Assembly (NCBI RefSeq): GCF_006345805.1
Contig: NC_043011.1
Span: forward strand, 41,738,464 to 41,802,463
Reading direction: 5' to 3'
Source of the DNA: Octopus sinensis
Taxonomy: Eukaryota
DNA: 64,000 nt
The notes under the pieces were generated by a model. That model was not told the origin of the DNA. It worked only from the letters and a program-made list of their open reading frames with translations, and ran no database searches. This document shows positions 12,511-25,872 of this stretch, piece by piece. The position numbers and the translations under genes are program-made. How positions within the stretch are numbered: the first letter of the stretch is position 1; every line of letters begins with the position of its first letter.

Positions 12511-15500
12511 TTAAACAATTCCTTCATTGTTCAATCCTTGTGCATATCCCATGTCTTGTTCATGCACTTCTGGTTACTTTTTCTGATGAATTGCCCTGAA
12601 CACTGTAGACAGTAAGAGTGTTATTTAAAGTTCTGACCGCCTGGATCTTAATATGTCGTATTTGTATGCAAATCTATAACTTCTTACCACTACTAAATGC
12701 CATCCAGTGTCCACAAGCTAAACCACTGTCCAGCCAGATCCCTGTTGACAATATAACTGAGGTGGACATTTTATTCTTGTACAGTAGCTAGTTCCATTAT
12801 CAGGTGGAGTTAACCCTATTATCATGTGATGATCAGGTCTATTATAGTGCTGGTGCCATGTAAAAAAAAGTGCCCAGTACAGTCTGTAAAGTGGCTGGCA
12901 TTAGGAAGGGCATCAGACAATAGAAACCTTACCAAAAACACTGGAGCATAGTGCAGTTCATGGAATCATCAGATCCTGTCAAACCATTCATCCCATTCCA
13001 ACATAGAAGATGTATGCTAAATGATGGTGATGATGATGATAGTCAAGTCCATTATGTGATGCAATGGCTAAGTCCATTATAATGAAACAACCATATCCAT
13101 TATGATGTGAGGCCAATCCTGTGATCACATGAAATCCTAATTATCGTAAGTCCACACCTCCATTATCACATGATGGTCAAGTTCATCATTACATAACGGT
13201 CAACCAAGTCCATTATTATTGTACAGCGGTCAAGGCTGTCGTCATCATCGATACACTTCAGTTCAGTTCAGCAGCAGCACAAAAGAAGAAATATAAAGTA
13301 GTGATAATGTATGATACATAATTAACATGTTTGATTCGTTAAGCTGTATACAGAGAAGCCATGCTCTAATAATCATGGGTCAGTGCCAAATGGAACAAGA
13401 TGCTCGTAATGTGCCCATCCAGACTCACAGCCAATCTCTGCTATTGGAACGTTTGCAGAAACGTGTTTGCTTCTTGTTATCCTTTCTCTTTTGTGTGTTT
13501 CAGTCATTAGACTGTGGCCATGCTGGGGCACCATCTTGAAGTGTTTTAGTCAAACAAATCAAATCTCAGCACTTATTTTGTTTAAAGTCTGGTACTTATT
13601 CTGTTGGTCTCTTGTGCTGTACTGCTAAGTTACAGGGATGTAAATAAACCAGTACTAGTTGCCAAGAGGAAGCACACACACACACACATGTATGTATTTA
13701 TATATATATATGTGTGTGTGTATGTGAAGGCATATAGTTCAGTGGTTAGAGCTTCAGGCTCATGATCATGATGTAGCAAGTTTGATTCCCCAGACTGGGT
13801 TATTATGTGATGTGCTCTTGGGCAAGACTCTTTATTTCACAATACTCCAATTCACTCAGCTGCAGAAATGAGTTGTGACGTCACTGGTGCCAAGCAGTAT
13901 TGGCCCCTTTGCCTTTCCCTTGGATATATATATATATATATATAATGTAAATTTATGTATATGTGCTATTTTGTGTTATGCTAGGAAGCTGTACTGGAAT
14001 TTTCAACTCGAGTCATATATAATAAAATACTCCAAATCCTGGATAGAGTGTCCACATAAGTGATGTCTGGACTGCCTAATGGTTTCAAAATATCACTGTG
14101 TGTGTATGTGTGTGTGTGTGTGTGTACATGTTCCATGTAAAAAGTACCTGTGCAGGTGCCATGTGAATAGCGCCCAGTACATTCTGTAAAGTGGTTGGCA
14201 TTTGGAAGGGCATCCAGCTATAGAAATCATGCCAAAACAGATGACTGGAGCCTGGTGCAGCCCTCCAGCCTTGCCAGCTCCTGTCAAACCGTCCAACCCA
14301 TGCCAGCATGGAGAATGGACATTAAATGATGATGTATGTATGTAAGTATAAATAGTGTATGTCTTTATATATCAGGCCAAAGGGATGATGATAAATAATG
14401 AATGCACACATACTTGTGTGTGTGTGTGTACCTTTGTTTTGACATTGTGATGGTTGTCAATAAGTATCATCATCATTGTACAAGCACTGTTGTGCATTTC
14501 CAGTCTTCTGTGACAAAAATGTCTGGTCCTAAGAAAATATTATTCCCTTGCTTGGAAACAGATGAGGGTCGGTGACAGGAAAGGCATTCGACCGTAGAAA
14601 AATGTTTCAACAAATTCCATCTGACTCATGCAAACATAGCAAAAGGGATGTTAAATGATGATGATGGTGATGGTGTTTATGTTTGGTCAGCCTGAAGCTA
14701 AAACAGAAGACACTTGCCCTGAGTTGATGGGGTTAAAAAGTAAACTTTATAATCTCACAGCCATACCAACACCTACATTCTTTAAACTGACCATTCTGTT
14801 TTCTGTTCAAACTGACCAGATCCAGCTTCTTACACCTACCCTACAATGTCATTGTAAAAATATACAATCACAACATTGAAATCTCAAAGCTATGAGCTAA
14901 TGGATGATGAATTCAAATGATTAAATAAATATTACATTTGACAGAGTAATCTGAATGCTACAGGGTTAAAATAGAAATTACCTTTGAATGCCCTAGCAGC
15001 CTATCCAGGAGGGAGGTTCGCCTCTCATTCATTTAGTTCTCGACCATTTTTTTACCTCTGGACCCCTTTGTTTCCTATTTTATTCCACCAAACCCTAATA
15101 GCTATTCAATGCTTTAAAAAATCCTATTATATTTTTATGATTAAATATTATTAGGAATTACTCTTTTACTTGTTTCAGTCATTTGACTGTGGCCATGCTG
15201 GAGCAACACCTTTAGTCAAGCAAATCGACCCCAGGACTTATTCTTTGTAAGCCTAGTACTTATTCTATCGGTCTCTTTTGCCGAACTGCTAAGTTACGGG
15301 GATGTAAACACACCAGCATCGGGTGTCAAACGATGTTGGAGACACACAAATGTATACACATATACACACACACATTCGACAGGCTTCTTTTAGTTTCCGT
15401 CTACCAAATCCACTCACAAGGCTTTGGTCAGCCTGAGGCTATAGTAGAAGACACTTGTCCAAGGTACCACGCAGTGGGACTGAACCTGGAACCACGTGAT

Positions 15501-16237
15501 TGATAAGCAAGCCACTTACCACACAGCCACTCCTATGCCTATTGTATAAAAAATTGTTTAAATATTTTATGTATTGTAAGAGTGAACCCCAAAAGGTCAT
15601 ACAGACCCCGAAGGATCTATGAACCTTGGTTTTGAACCACTGATTTAAATTATCCAGCAACTAGATTAAATCATTAACTCTATAAACATCTAAAATTTAT
15701 GAAAGGATTATCCTTTTTATTTTAATTAATTTAATCTCTCATTACATCGTGTTTGTGTATGTAATTATTGTTTTAATATGTATGGTGTGAAAATAAAACA
15801 AAGCTAATAATTATAGCTAATTGATTTGTCATCAAGGACGGAGTTTTACAGTAAAATTACTTTATAGATCTACTAATCGTTAATACTAATATCAGTAATC
15901 ATTAATCTTTAACAAAAACAACAATTAAGTTTTTTTGTTTGTTTGTTTTTTTAAATATAAAATATAAGGGAAAGGAAAGAAAAATTAAACAAAATTTGAT
16001 TTTTTTTTTCAATTGAAGAAATTAGAAAATCTAGTTTTGATAGTCGTCATCATCATCATCATCATCATCATTCTCATTACCTTCCTCATCATCATCATTG
16101 TCATCATCATATTGGTGGTCATTACCCTCATCCTCCTCATCATCACCGGCATCTGTGCTATTGTTATCCACCTCCTCCTCTTCATTATCATCATCACCTA
16201 CACCATAATTACCACCTACACCATCATCACTCACCAC

Positions 16238-16372
16238 CATTGCCTCCACCCTCATTGCCTCCACCCTCATTGCCTCCACCCTCATTGCCTCCACCCTCAT
16301 TGCCTCCACCCTCATTGCCTCCACCCTCATTGCCTCCACCCTCATTGCCTCCACCCTCATTGCCTCCACCCT
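16238..16372. repeat. Perfect 15-bp minisatellite (CATTGCCTCCACCCT)x9 within a CAT/CAC triplet-rich tract
   Basis: Nine exact copies followed by one variant copy (CATTGCTTCCA). Confidence 0.95.
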
Positions 16373-18723
16373 CATTGCTTCCATGATCACTATCACCACC
16401 ACCACCAACAACAACAACTGTGTTTTGAATGCTTATCCTTGCTGGCTGAGAGATACTTAGACAGGTTTGTTGTCTGGCTGGCTGGCTGGCTGGTTGGTTT
16501 GTTGGCCAGATGTCTGGCTGCCTGGGTGTCTGTCTGTCTGTCTGACCAGCTGACCTCTCTGTTTGGGCTCTGCTCCAAACTGGCACAATACCAATCTAAA
16601 GGTAGCTAGGTCAGTTTTGATTGCATAACAGGTGTGGAGTGGTATTGGGTGGTAGTGGTTGTGGCAAGTGGGGGTGAGGAAGTTAGCTGTAGTGGAGGCG
16701 GTGGTGTTGAGTGTTGTGGCAGTGGTTGTCGTAGATGGTACTGTTTAGCCCCGGGTCAGTCCTAATTGCATAACAGGTATGCTAGGGTGTAACGTATGTC
16801 ATTGTTGTGTAGGCTGAGGTGATCCCTCATTGGACAGGCCTACAATCCTTAAACATTCCTACCATGACCATCCTGTATTTTATCAAGACACAGTCCATCA
16901 AGGGCTACATCATCTGATGTGTCCTTCATTCTTTAGCCCTTTAGCATTCAGATTGCTTCGTGAAATATAATGCTTTTTCATTCATTATCTCGTAGCTTTG
17001 AGATTTTGATGATGTGATTGGTTTTAGAATGACATTGTAGGACATGTGTGAGAGGCTGAATCTGGCCAGTTTGATAATAAAACATGTAGAGTATTTGGGT
17101 CAGATATGACCTGTTTAGAGGAAGCTGTTATTTCTAGCACTTTAATTAACCACATATAGGTTTCCCTCATTGTGACGTGTTGTTGGGAAGTCTATCCTGT
17201 CTTGGAGTTTCTCTAATTAGAGTAAGGAAGACGGTGGGGGTGGAGAGTAACACCAGCTTTTGTGGTCATCACCTGCTGCTGTTGCCACCACTGTCGTTGC
17301 TGGTGGTGGTGGTGGTGTTTTATTTTACTTTTTTGTGACCATTGACTATTTTTTGGTTTGTTATTGTTTTGTTGTATTGTTTTGTTATATCCCTTTGATC
17401 AGATGAATAGAATAGCCTGCTCACAAAATTAACCCCATGACAACGGATTTTTATCAAGCAACTAAATTGCTCCAACGGTAATCATCTCAGCCAAGATTAA
17501 CAATTAGTGCATGGCACCGTTTCGGTCTATATTTACATCAACGACTTTAAAGCTTGCGCTGTTTATTTATGTAAACTGTCATCACTGCGAGGGCCATAAA
17601 TTCAATGAAACTGGCATGACTGGATTCGACAGTAAATTCTGTGAAAGACCATAGGAATTTGATAGGAAGTCATAGTGGAAATGGTGGTGTAACTGCCAAA
17701 GCTGTTGCTTTTATACTATTATGGTGATGAAGTCTTGAACTGAGTTGGAAATATTTAGATGAAGAGTCTAACAAACCTGTCAGATTCCTTGAAATTTGCA
17801 TGGTGGCCTCTGTTGTCGATTCCATGAATGATAGTGTATAGTTGTGTCAACCGGTACACAAACAGGTACAAAACTACTGCAGCTAGGGCTGCGTGTATTT
17901 TTGTCATCTGATTCAAAGTGAGTACACATTGCACATAAATTTACATCAACCAACTTTATGTCCAAGTGGCTGAGTACTCCACAGACACATGTACAGTTAA
18001 TGTAGTTATCAGAGAAATTCAGTGTGACACAGAATGCGAAAAGGCTGGCCCATTGAATTACAGGTACAACTCATTTTCGCCAACCGAGTGGACTGGAGCA
18101 ATGCGAAATAAAGTGCCTTGCTCAAGGATGCAAGGTGCTGCCAGGAATTGAACTCGTGATCTTAAGATTGTAAGCCAAGTACCCTAACCACTGAACCACG
18201 TGCCTTCACCAATGATGATGAGAATGGCGACAAGGACTGAATCACCGACCACAATTGTAACAACAACTGCTGCAGCTCAGTCTATAATTTTAACAAATTG
18301 TTGTGCATCAGTCGACCAAAACAAACGAGATTTTACAAATATAAAATCCTGGCCACATCATTGCTTTTACATTTTTTTTTTTTTCGTATTTTCCAAAACA
18401 GACATTAAAAAAAAAAAAGTTTTAATAAAACATTTTAAAACTATTACAATGAAGAAACAACATGCAGAATGGGTTATTTATTGAAAATATATTTGAAGAC
18501 ATTTTTTTTTGTTTTGATTCCAGTGAAATTGTAATTGTGAAGAAATTAGTAGGTAAGATACAAACGAGATGGACAGAAATTCTGTAGAATATCATTGTTT
18601 GTTATTTAGAAGTGAAAAAAAAAAATTAATAATTATGGGAAAGTTGAGTTTAAGATGAAAGATTTCAGATTTATCTATATATATCTATATCTATCAACCT
18701 AATGATGTGTGTGTATATACATG

Positions 18724-18779
<56 letters not shown>

Positions 18780-18849
18780 ATGTATGTATGTATATGTATG
18801 TATGTATATGTATGTATGTATGTATATGTATGTATGTATGTATGTTATG

Positions 18850-18888
<39 letters not shown>

Positions 18889-18895
18889 GTATATG

Positions 18896-18934
<39 letters not shown>

Positions 18935-19663
18935 GTATGTATATATATGTATGTATATATGTATATATATATATATGTATATATATACACACACACAAAA
19001 GATGGAATGAACAGGCTTTAATCACTACACACACACACACATGCATATATGATAGCATAAATATACACATGTATTTGTATGTGTTAGCAGATCTAGCAAT
19101 TTGTTGCTCTATCTGTAGTTATATATGTCCCCACAAACATATACACACATGAATTTATACACATTTAGTTATTATGTACATATTCATGCACATTTAGAAA
19201 TATAGACATACATTATACATGTATACAAGCACACACACACACCCATGCATAGATACACATACACACAGATGTATACTTATATATACACATGAAATAGCAC
19301 ATGTTTCAATGTGGCTGTTTTGATGTAGGTTGTGGAAACTTATAATTTAGCAACAATTTATGTAAAAAGTTTCAAAAAAAGACAAAGAAAACAGTTTCCT
19401 TTTAGACAGGAATGTAACCAATGTTAATTAATGATGAAGTAAAGAATTATGGCAGGATTTATGTCTATGAACCGATTATAGTCAGGATGGTAGGTGAGAG
19501 GGTGACTCAGCAGAATCGTGAATAATAATGATAATCTTTTCTACTAAAGGCACAAGGCCTAAAATTTGAGGAAGGGGACTAGTTGAATACATCGACCCCA
19601 GTATGCAACTGGTACTTATTTAATCGATCCTGGAAAGATGAAAGACAAAATTTACATTATTTA

Positions 19664-19737
19664 CACGGGTATATGGCATAGTGGTTAAGAGTGCGGGCTA
19701 CTAACCCCAAGATTCCGAGTTTGATTCCAGGCAGTGA

Positions 19738-19775
<38 letters not shown>

Positions 19776-20095
19776 GTGATAATAATAATATCGAAAAATA
19801 ACTTAGGGATCAGAACCCAGCTTCGAAATTTCCCCAAGACTCCTGATGAAAGCTGGAAGGTATATCAGCCGAAACATTGTGTTAATAGCAAACAAAATCA
19901 TCATCATCATCATCGTTTAACGCCCGTTTTCCATGCTAGCATGGGTTGGACGGTTCAACTGAGGTCTGGGAAGCCAGGAGGCTGCACCAGGCTCCAGTCT
20001 GATCTGGCAGTATTTCTACAGCTGGATGCCCTTCCTAATGAGGACAAATATCCGTCAATTGTAAATAATGTACATAATTCCTCATCTCTTAAATA
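19664..20095 (+). mobile_element. tRNA-headed Penelope-like repeat unit with hammerhead-type motif, interrupted by a family C SINE (about 19905-20040)
   Basis: Head TGGCATAGTGGTTAAGAG..GAGTTTGATTCC, (AAT)n linker, body, then CTGATGA-A-AGCTG..CAGCC-GAAA at 19843-19874, then tail GAGGACAAATATCCGTCAA-TGTAAATAATGTACA. Confidence 0.7.
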
Positions 20096-21062
20096 TGAAA
20101 GACAAAGTCAATTCTCTGTGGAATTTGAACTCAGAATGTGAAGACAGATGAAATGGCACTAAGCATTTTGCCCAGCGTGCTAACAATTCTGCCAGCTCGC
20201 CACCTTAATAGTAATAATAATAATAATAATAATGATAATAATAATAATGATAATAATAATAATGATAATAATAATAATGATAATAATAATAATGATAATA
20301 ATAATAATAATAATAATAATTTCGCCACAAGGGCAGCTTGGGGGAAGAGATTAAGTCAATTACATTGACCCCAGTACATAACTGGTACTTATTTAATCGA
20401 CCCCGAAAGGATGAAAGGCAAAGTCGACCTTGGTGGAATTTGAACTCAGAATGTAACGGCATACGAAATACTGCTAAGCATTTTGCCTGGCATGCTAATG
20501 ATTCTGCCAGCTTGCCACCTTAATAATAATAATAATAATAATAAGCCTTTCTACTGGAAGCGCAAGGCCTCAAATTTGGGGGAAGGGATTAAGTCAATTA
20601 CATTGACCTCAGTGCAAAACTGGTACTTATTTTACCGTGGTGGTCCTCCTCCTCCTCCTTGAAATTGTTGGAGTGGGTGGAGATACTTGGTCATATCAAC
20701 CCCAGTGCTTAACTGGTACATATTTTGTTGACCCCAAAATCCTTTCTACTGTAGGCACAAGGCCTGAAGTTTCAAAGGAAGTTGACCAGTCGATTACATT
20801 GACCCCTGGGTTCCACTGGTACTCAAAAGAATGAAAGGCAAGGTCCACCTCAGTGGAATTTGGAATCGGAACATAAAGAAGAATGAAATGCCATTAACCA
20901 TTTTGTCTGGCATGTGCTAACAATTCTACCATTCCTTAACCATTCCTCAATTATTAATTTTTTTGTTACACTAAATTTGTTTTTCCTTTACTTGTTTATC
21001 TGCCTTGAGTTGTATCATTTATCTCCCCTTTCTTTGACTCATTCGCTCTTTTTCCCCACTAG

Positions 21063-21177
21063 GTGGCAAGGCTCGCAACGGAGCACCGATTCTCACATTT
21101 CCCGATGTCCCTGGGATACCAGAAATCACAGATGAACAATATAAGAAGGTGATGATTTACCTCTGTACCATTCCGGC
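21063..21177 (+). CDS. MCF2L: MCF2L/DBS-like exon (G-GKARNGAPILTFPDVPGIPEITDEQYKKVMIYLCTIP-A), CRAL-TRIO domain
   Basis: Pyrimidine tract plus TAG acceptor and GTAAGT donor at 21178. 115 nt, phase 1 to 2. Contains the GG..G.P.(I/L)TFP..YL..IP motif typical of MCF2L/Trio Sec14 domains. Confidence 0.92.
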
Positions 21178-21273
21178 GTAAGTAATATTTCTTCTGCTCA
21201 CCAATTTCTCATAAATATTTACCTTTTTTTTTTTGTCAAAAATGCAAAAATAGTTTTAATGGATTATCACTCC

Positions 21274-21499
21274 TTAACCCCTTAAGCATTCAGATTATTC
21301 TGTCAAATCAAATCCTTATTTAATCACATTGTTTTGAATTAATCTGGCATTATCTCGTAACTTTCAGATTTCAATGTTATGATTGTTTATTTTTTACAAT
21401 GACACTGTCGGGTAGGTGTGAGAGGCCAGATATGGCTGGTTTGAGCATAAAACAAGTATTTTGAGTTAGATTTGGCCGGATTGAATACTAAAAGGTTAA
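21274..21499. mobile_element. TTAA-flanked MITE about 95 nt downstream of the exon donor
   Basis: TTAA-CCCCTTAAGCATT ... AATACTAAAAGG-TTAA imperfect TIRs; body shared with other copies in the window. Confidence 0.65.
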
Positions 21500-23113
21500 A
21501 TCTCTAAATCAGGTGAGATTTGTGTATGTGTGTAAAATGAAAGTTTAGCTTTCATTTAAGTAGTATTATTTCTTAAAACCCTTAATTTAGAAAAATGCTG
21601 CTTTAATTGTATAAAGAGTTAATTTAAAATCCACATTTGATTATCACATTAAATTACTAAATACATACACTGTTAGAAGGCATGCTGCAATAGAATTCTC
21701 TGAGATAAACATACTAAGTGTATGCACATAATTTATCTCAGACAGTTCTGCAGCATCATGCCTTTTAATGGTGTATATAATTTTAGTATGAAACACAGAC
21801 GGCAGTCTTAATATAGAATGGTCCTTCATCTAAGATGAAAATATAGTTTTAAGAGACCTTTACTTTTTAAAACTCTGCCTTTGTAAAGTGAATCTTTGTC
21901 ATTCAATGGTGAGGTTTTAGGTGCTTAATCAACTTAGTTACGTACTTCTGAATTAATGTCCGAGTGGTTGAGTATCCCACAGACCTGTGTGCCATATTCT
22001 TGCTGGTTACCTGACGTCATTGATTCTTCCTCAGTTCTGCTGCTGCTGCTGCCGCTGCCACTGCTACTACTGCTGTTGGCCAGCATTCTGGACGTTGATG
22101 TTTTATTATTCATTCAATCATAGTTTTATTGAAGCAATTTTTACAGTGAGGATTTAGATGGATCAAGGAGTTAGAATTCCACAACATATTTCTATGGCAA
22201 CATCTTTGCAAATGATTCTTCAATCATTTTGGCCATAATTTTAAAATTCCATCTTATCTGATTTCCAGAACAATCTGTTAGCAGACAAATTTTATTGCTT
22301 TATATTATTTTATCTCAGATTTTGTTTATTTCTTTAAGCAGTTTTACTCATGAAGTTTTACATTATTTCGTGACTCATTAGTTGAAGAATTCGGTTTGTT
22401 GTTGTTGCTGCTGCTGCTGTTGTTGTTGTTTAGACTCGGGCCCACGTCAGTCTTTGATGGACCAATTCTTTGAATGAAGGCAATCAAAGTTAGCTTTTTG
22501 TGAATTTGGTACACGACTCAGTTTCAATTCCTGGTTGTCACCCTACCCCCCACCTCATTTACATTGCTGCTATCTTTGAACACGGTATGAATGTCACACA
22601 TTGTCGTTCCCCCTTTTTGTAATTGTAAACCTTGGAGCCTTAATGAATCATATTTTACAAATAGCCAAACCCCACAGTACCACCAAACTAATGAGTAAAC
22701 CTCTACATGGTAATGATTGCTCCATTTCATTACTTTTTTTGTCCTTCCCTCCTGTCTGTGATTAAAGATATTTGGCTGCTATTTCTAATAGTCTAAGTGA
22801 CAACATAGAGGACCCAACCCCTCAGTTTGGGTCTCACTGCTGGAATTTTGAATTTAAAAACTAATGTTGTTGTTATTGGACCCTTTCTCAGGGTCCCTAA
22901 CCCCTACTCTTTTACTTGTTTCAGTCATTTGACTGCGGCCATGTTGGAGCACCGCCTTTAGTCGAGCAAATTGACCCCAGGACTTATTCTTTGTAAGCCC
23001 AGTACTTATTCTACCGGTCTCTTTTGCTGAACTGCTAGGCTACGGGGATGTAAAAACACCAGCATCGGTTGTCAAGTGATGTTGGAGGGACAAACACAGA
23101 CACATAAACATGT

Positions 23114-23170
<57 letters not shown>

Positions 23171-24117
23171 TATATAAGACGGGCTTCTTTCAGTTTCCAT
23201 CTACCAAATCCACTCAAGGCTTTGGTCGGCCCGAGGCTATAGTAGAAGACACTTGCCCAAAGGTGCCACGCAATGGGACTGAACCCGGAACCGTGTGGTT
23301 GGTAAGCAAGCTACTTACCACACAGCCACTCCTAAGTCTAGTTTATATCCTCAAACCAGGGTACAATGTAGCTGGATCAGATTTTGTCTTCTTGCTGGAA
23401 TGTTGCAGGAAAGAACACCAGAGTGATTCTTAACTGAGACAACTGACAGAACACCTAAGGGTCGGACCAAGAGTGAGATGGTGAGATAACATCCCTAGTC
23501 CCGTTTGCTCATGCTTAGGAATCCAGCCAGAAAGGGCAAAGATGGTTGCTTCTGATAGGGGCCTGAGGACTCTACCCTCACAAACTTCCCAGGAATAGTG
23601 GGCAGAAGGAATGGATGGATGGATGGATGGATAGATGGCTAGTTACTGCTGTTATATTGTGTTTCAATCTCTGGCTCTTAAAAAAACAATGCACAAACAC
23701 GTTGAAAAAACAAAGCAAAACCAGATGTCTATTAAGAAAAACATAATCGAAATGAAATTGTGTGTCTTGTGTTTTGTTTTTTTTCCTACAGCAAAACGAT
23801 GCAATGATGATCGATGTCGTATTCAGTGGAGAGATATGTTTATCATTTGATGGCTTTTTTTTTTCCAAACAGAATCACCAGCCAGAAACAGAAAGCAAAT
23901 ATAATAAAAAAAATAAAATAATATAAAACAGCAAAAAAGAAAATGGTTGATTGTATAGTTTTTTTTTTTTTTCTCTTTTAACTTGGCCTTGTTTTATTTA
24001 CATATTTGTAAATATTCTTTGATTGGAGATTAAATCATTGGTCATTTTGGATAGATATAAAAAGGAACAGGAGCATATGTAGAATATGAAGAATAAATAG
24101 CCATTCTGTTGTTGATC

Positions 24118-24148
<31 letters not shown>

Positions 24149-24632
24149 GGTTGGTGGTGGTGGTGGCAGCAGCGGCAGTGGTGAGGAGGAGGAGGTAGAG
24201 GTGGATGATAATAATGGCAGTAAAGGTTCATGGTTCAGCTGGCAGTCCAGCCATGACCATCCCATCTTGTTTTCTGGTATAATGTATTGAGGACTGAGTC
24301 ATGTATATTGGCCCATTTGTAAGAAGGTAGGATGAAATTTGAAGGAAACCAGATTAACACCTGGGGATAAACCACAACCGTAATAAAAGTCGATAAGAAT
24401 GCTAGGTGCATGATGTCTGGAAAGAGAAAAAGACTGGATGATAATACCACTGGGTATCTTTAATCATAAATCTGCTGGATCAGCGTCAAACTGGGGTTAA
24501 ACAGCAACAAATTAACAAGAGAGCCTTTATGCGGTCAGAGGCATGCTAGAAATTGCAACCAAATTTCCTTCAAACATCATCCTGCTACCTTAAAAAAAAT
24601 GGAAGGACATTTAGTTGATGTCATCCTAGATA

Positions 24633-25872
24633 CAGGGGTTGGAAAAAATAATGGAAACACCTTAAAATTTCAAACAAATTTATTTTAATATGGGATAGGA
24701 CTGCCTTTGGCAGTAATTACAGCTTGAATTCTACGAGGTATGGACTTGTACAAAGTTTGAATTGTTTCCAAAGGAATTTTTGTCCATTCTTCAGCTAAAA
24801 CAGTCTCCAGTTCTTGTAGTGATGATGGTGGAGGATATCGACTTCTTACTTGTTTTTCTAAATGCACCATAAATGTTCAATAATATTGAGATCTGGGGAC
24901 TGTGGTGGCCAGATAAGATGTTCAACTTCACTAGAATGTTCCTCATACCATTCAGTAACAATTTTAGCTGTGTGAATTGGTGCATTATCATCCTGAAAGT
25001 TTGAGTTTCCCTTTGGAAACAGTTCCGTAACCATAGGATGAATTTGATCAGATAAAAATGGTTTAATAGTCTTTGCTATTAATTCTGCCATGAAGGGAAA
25101 CCATTGGGCCGGTGGATTTCCAAAATATAGCCCCCCCCCCCTCCCGATCATCACAGATCCTCCTCCATGTTTAACAGTTGGAAGAAGGCAGTCTGAGTCA
25201 AATGCTTCTTTTGGCTGTCTCCACACATATACTCGGCTGGTGGTTGGAAATAAGATAATGGATGACTCATCCAAGAAAATAACATTCTTCCACTGCTCTA
25301 GGCTGAACGCTTTGCAACATTTGTTGAAAGTAATGGTTTTCTGATTGCAGCCCTCTCATGAAATCTGGTTTTGTGTAGCTCCTGGCAAACAGTTTTTGTG
25401 GAAACTGGGTTTTCGGGGTGGTCATTAAGCTCTGCAGTAATTTTGGGAGCTGTGCTTTTGTGATCCTTTCTAACAATTCATGTAAGAGTCCAACAGCCCC
25501 TATCTGAAAGTTTTGGTTTTCTTCTGGAGTTTTGTTTTGACAAGGAGGTTTTTCCCTCTTTTTCAAAGGCTGTCATTACTTTTGAGACAGTACTTCTTGA
25601 TACACCAAACATTTTGGCTGTTTTCATTATGCTAGCACCTGTCATACGAGTACCAACAATTTGACCTCTGAAAGTTCGATAGATCTATCATTTTAATGAA
25701 TTTTAATTACATTTTTCTGATGATATCTGAAAAGAAACAGCAATTTTAGCAAAACATATTAAGCAACACTAATAATAAATCAAAAAACATAAAAATAAAC
25801 AAGCTTTTGATGGTTTTATAGATATTTCAAAATGATGATACTAGGTGTTTCCATTATTTTGTCCAACCCCTG
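24633..25872 (-). mobile_element. Full-length decayed Tc1-family transposon (1240 bp), DD36E transposase pseudogene
   Basis: 30-bp TIRs CAGGGGTTGGA(A/C)AAAATAATGGAAACACCT with TA TSDs at 24631-32 and 25873-74. Transposase relic on minus from ATG 25691 to TAA 24685, with DESS, QDDNAPIH and WPPQSPDLNIIEHLW motifs, stops and frameshifts. Confidence 0.93.

Noticed and set aside
16013-16609. 198-aa ORF with hydrophobic N-terminus and HCLHP repeats (possible metal-binding protein)
   Set aside because: It is built entirely from triplet repeats and a 15-bp VNTR, and is equally open on the opposite strand, as expected for stop-free repeats.
19670-19740. tRNA gene (also other tRNA-like heads at 9369, 51617, 53110, 56228)
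   Set aside because: A/B boxes are present but the cloverleaf stems are incomplete, and each runs into a repeated SINE body.
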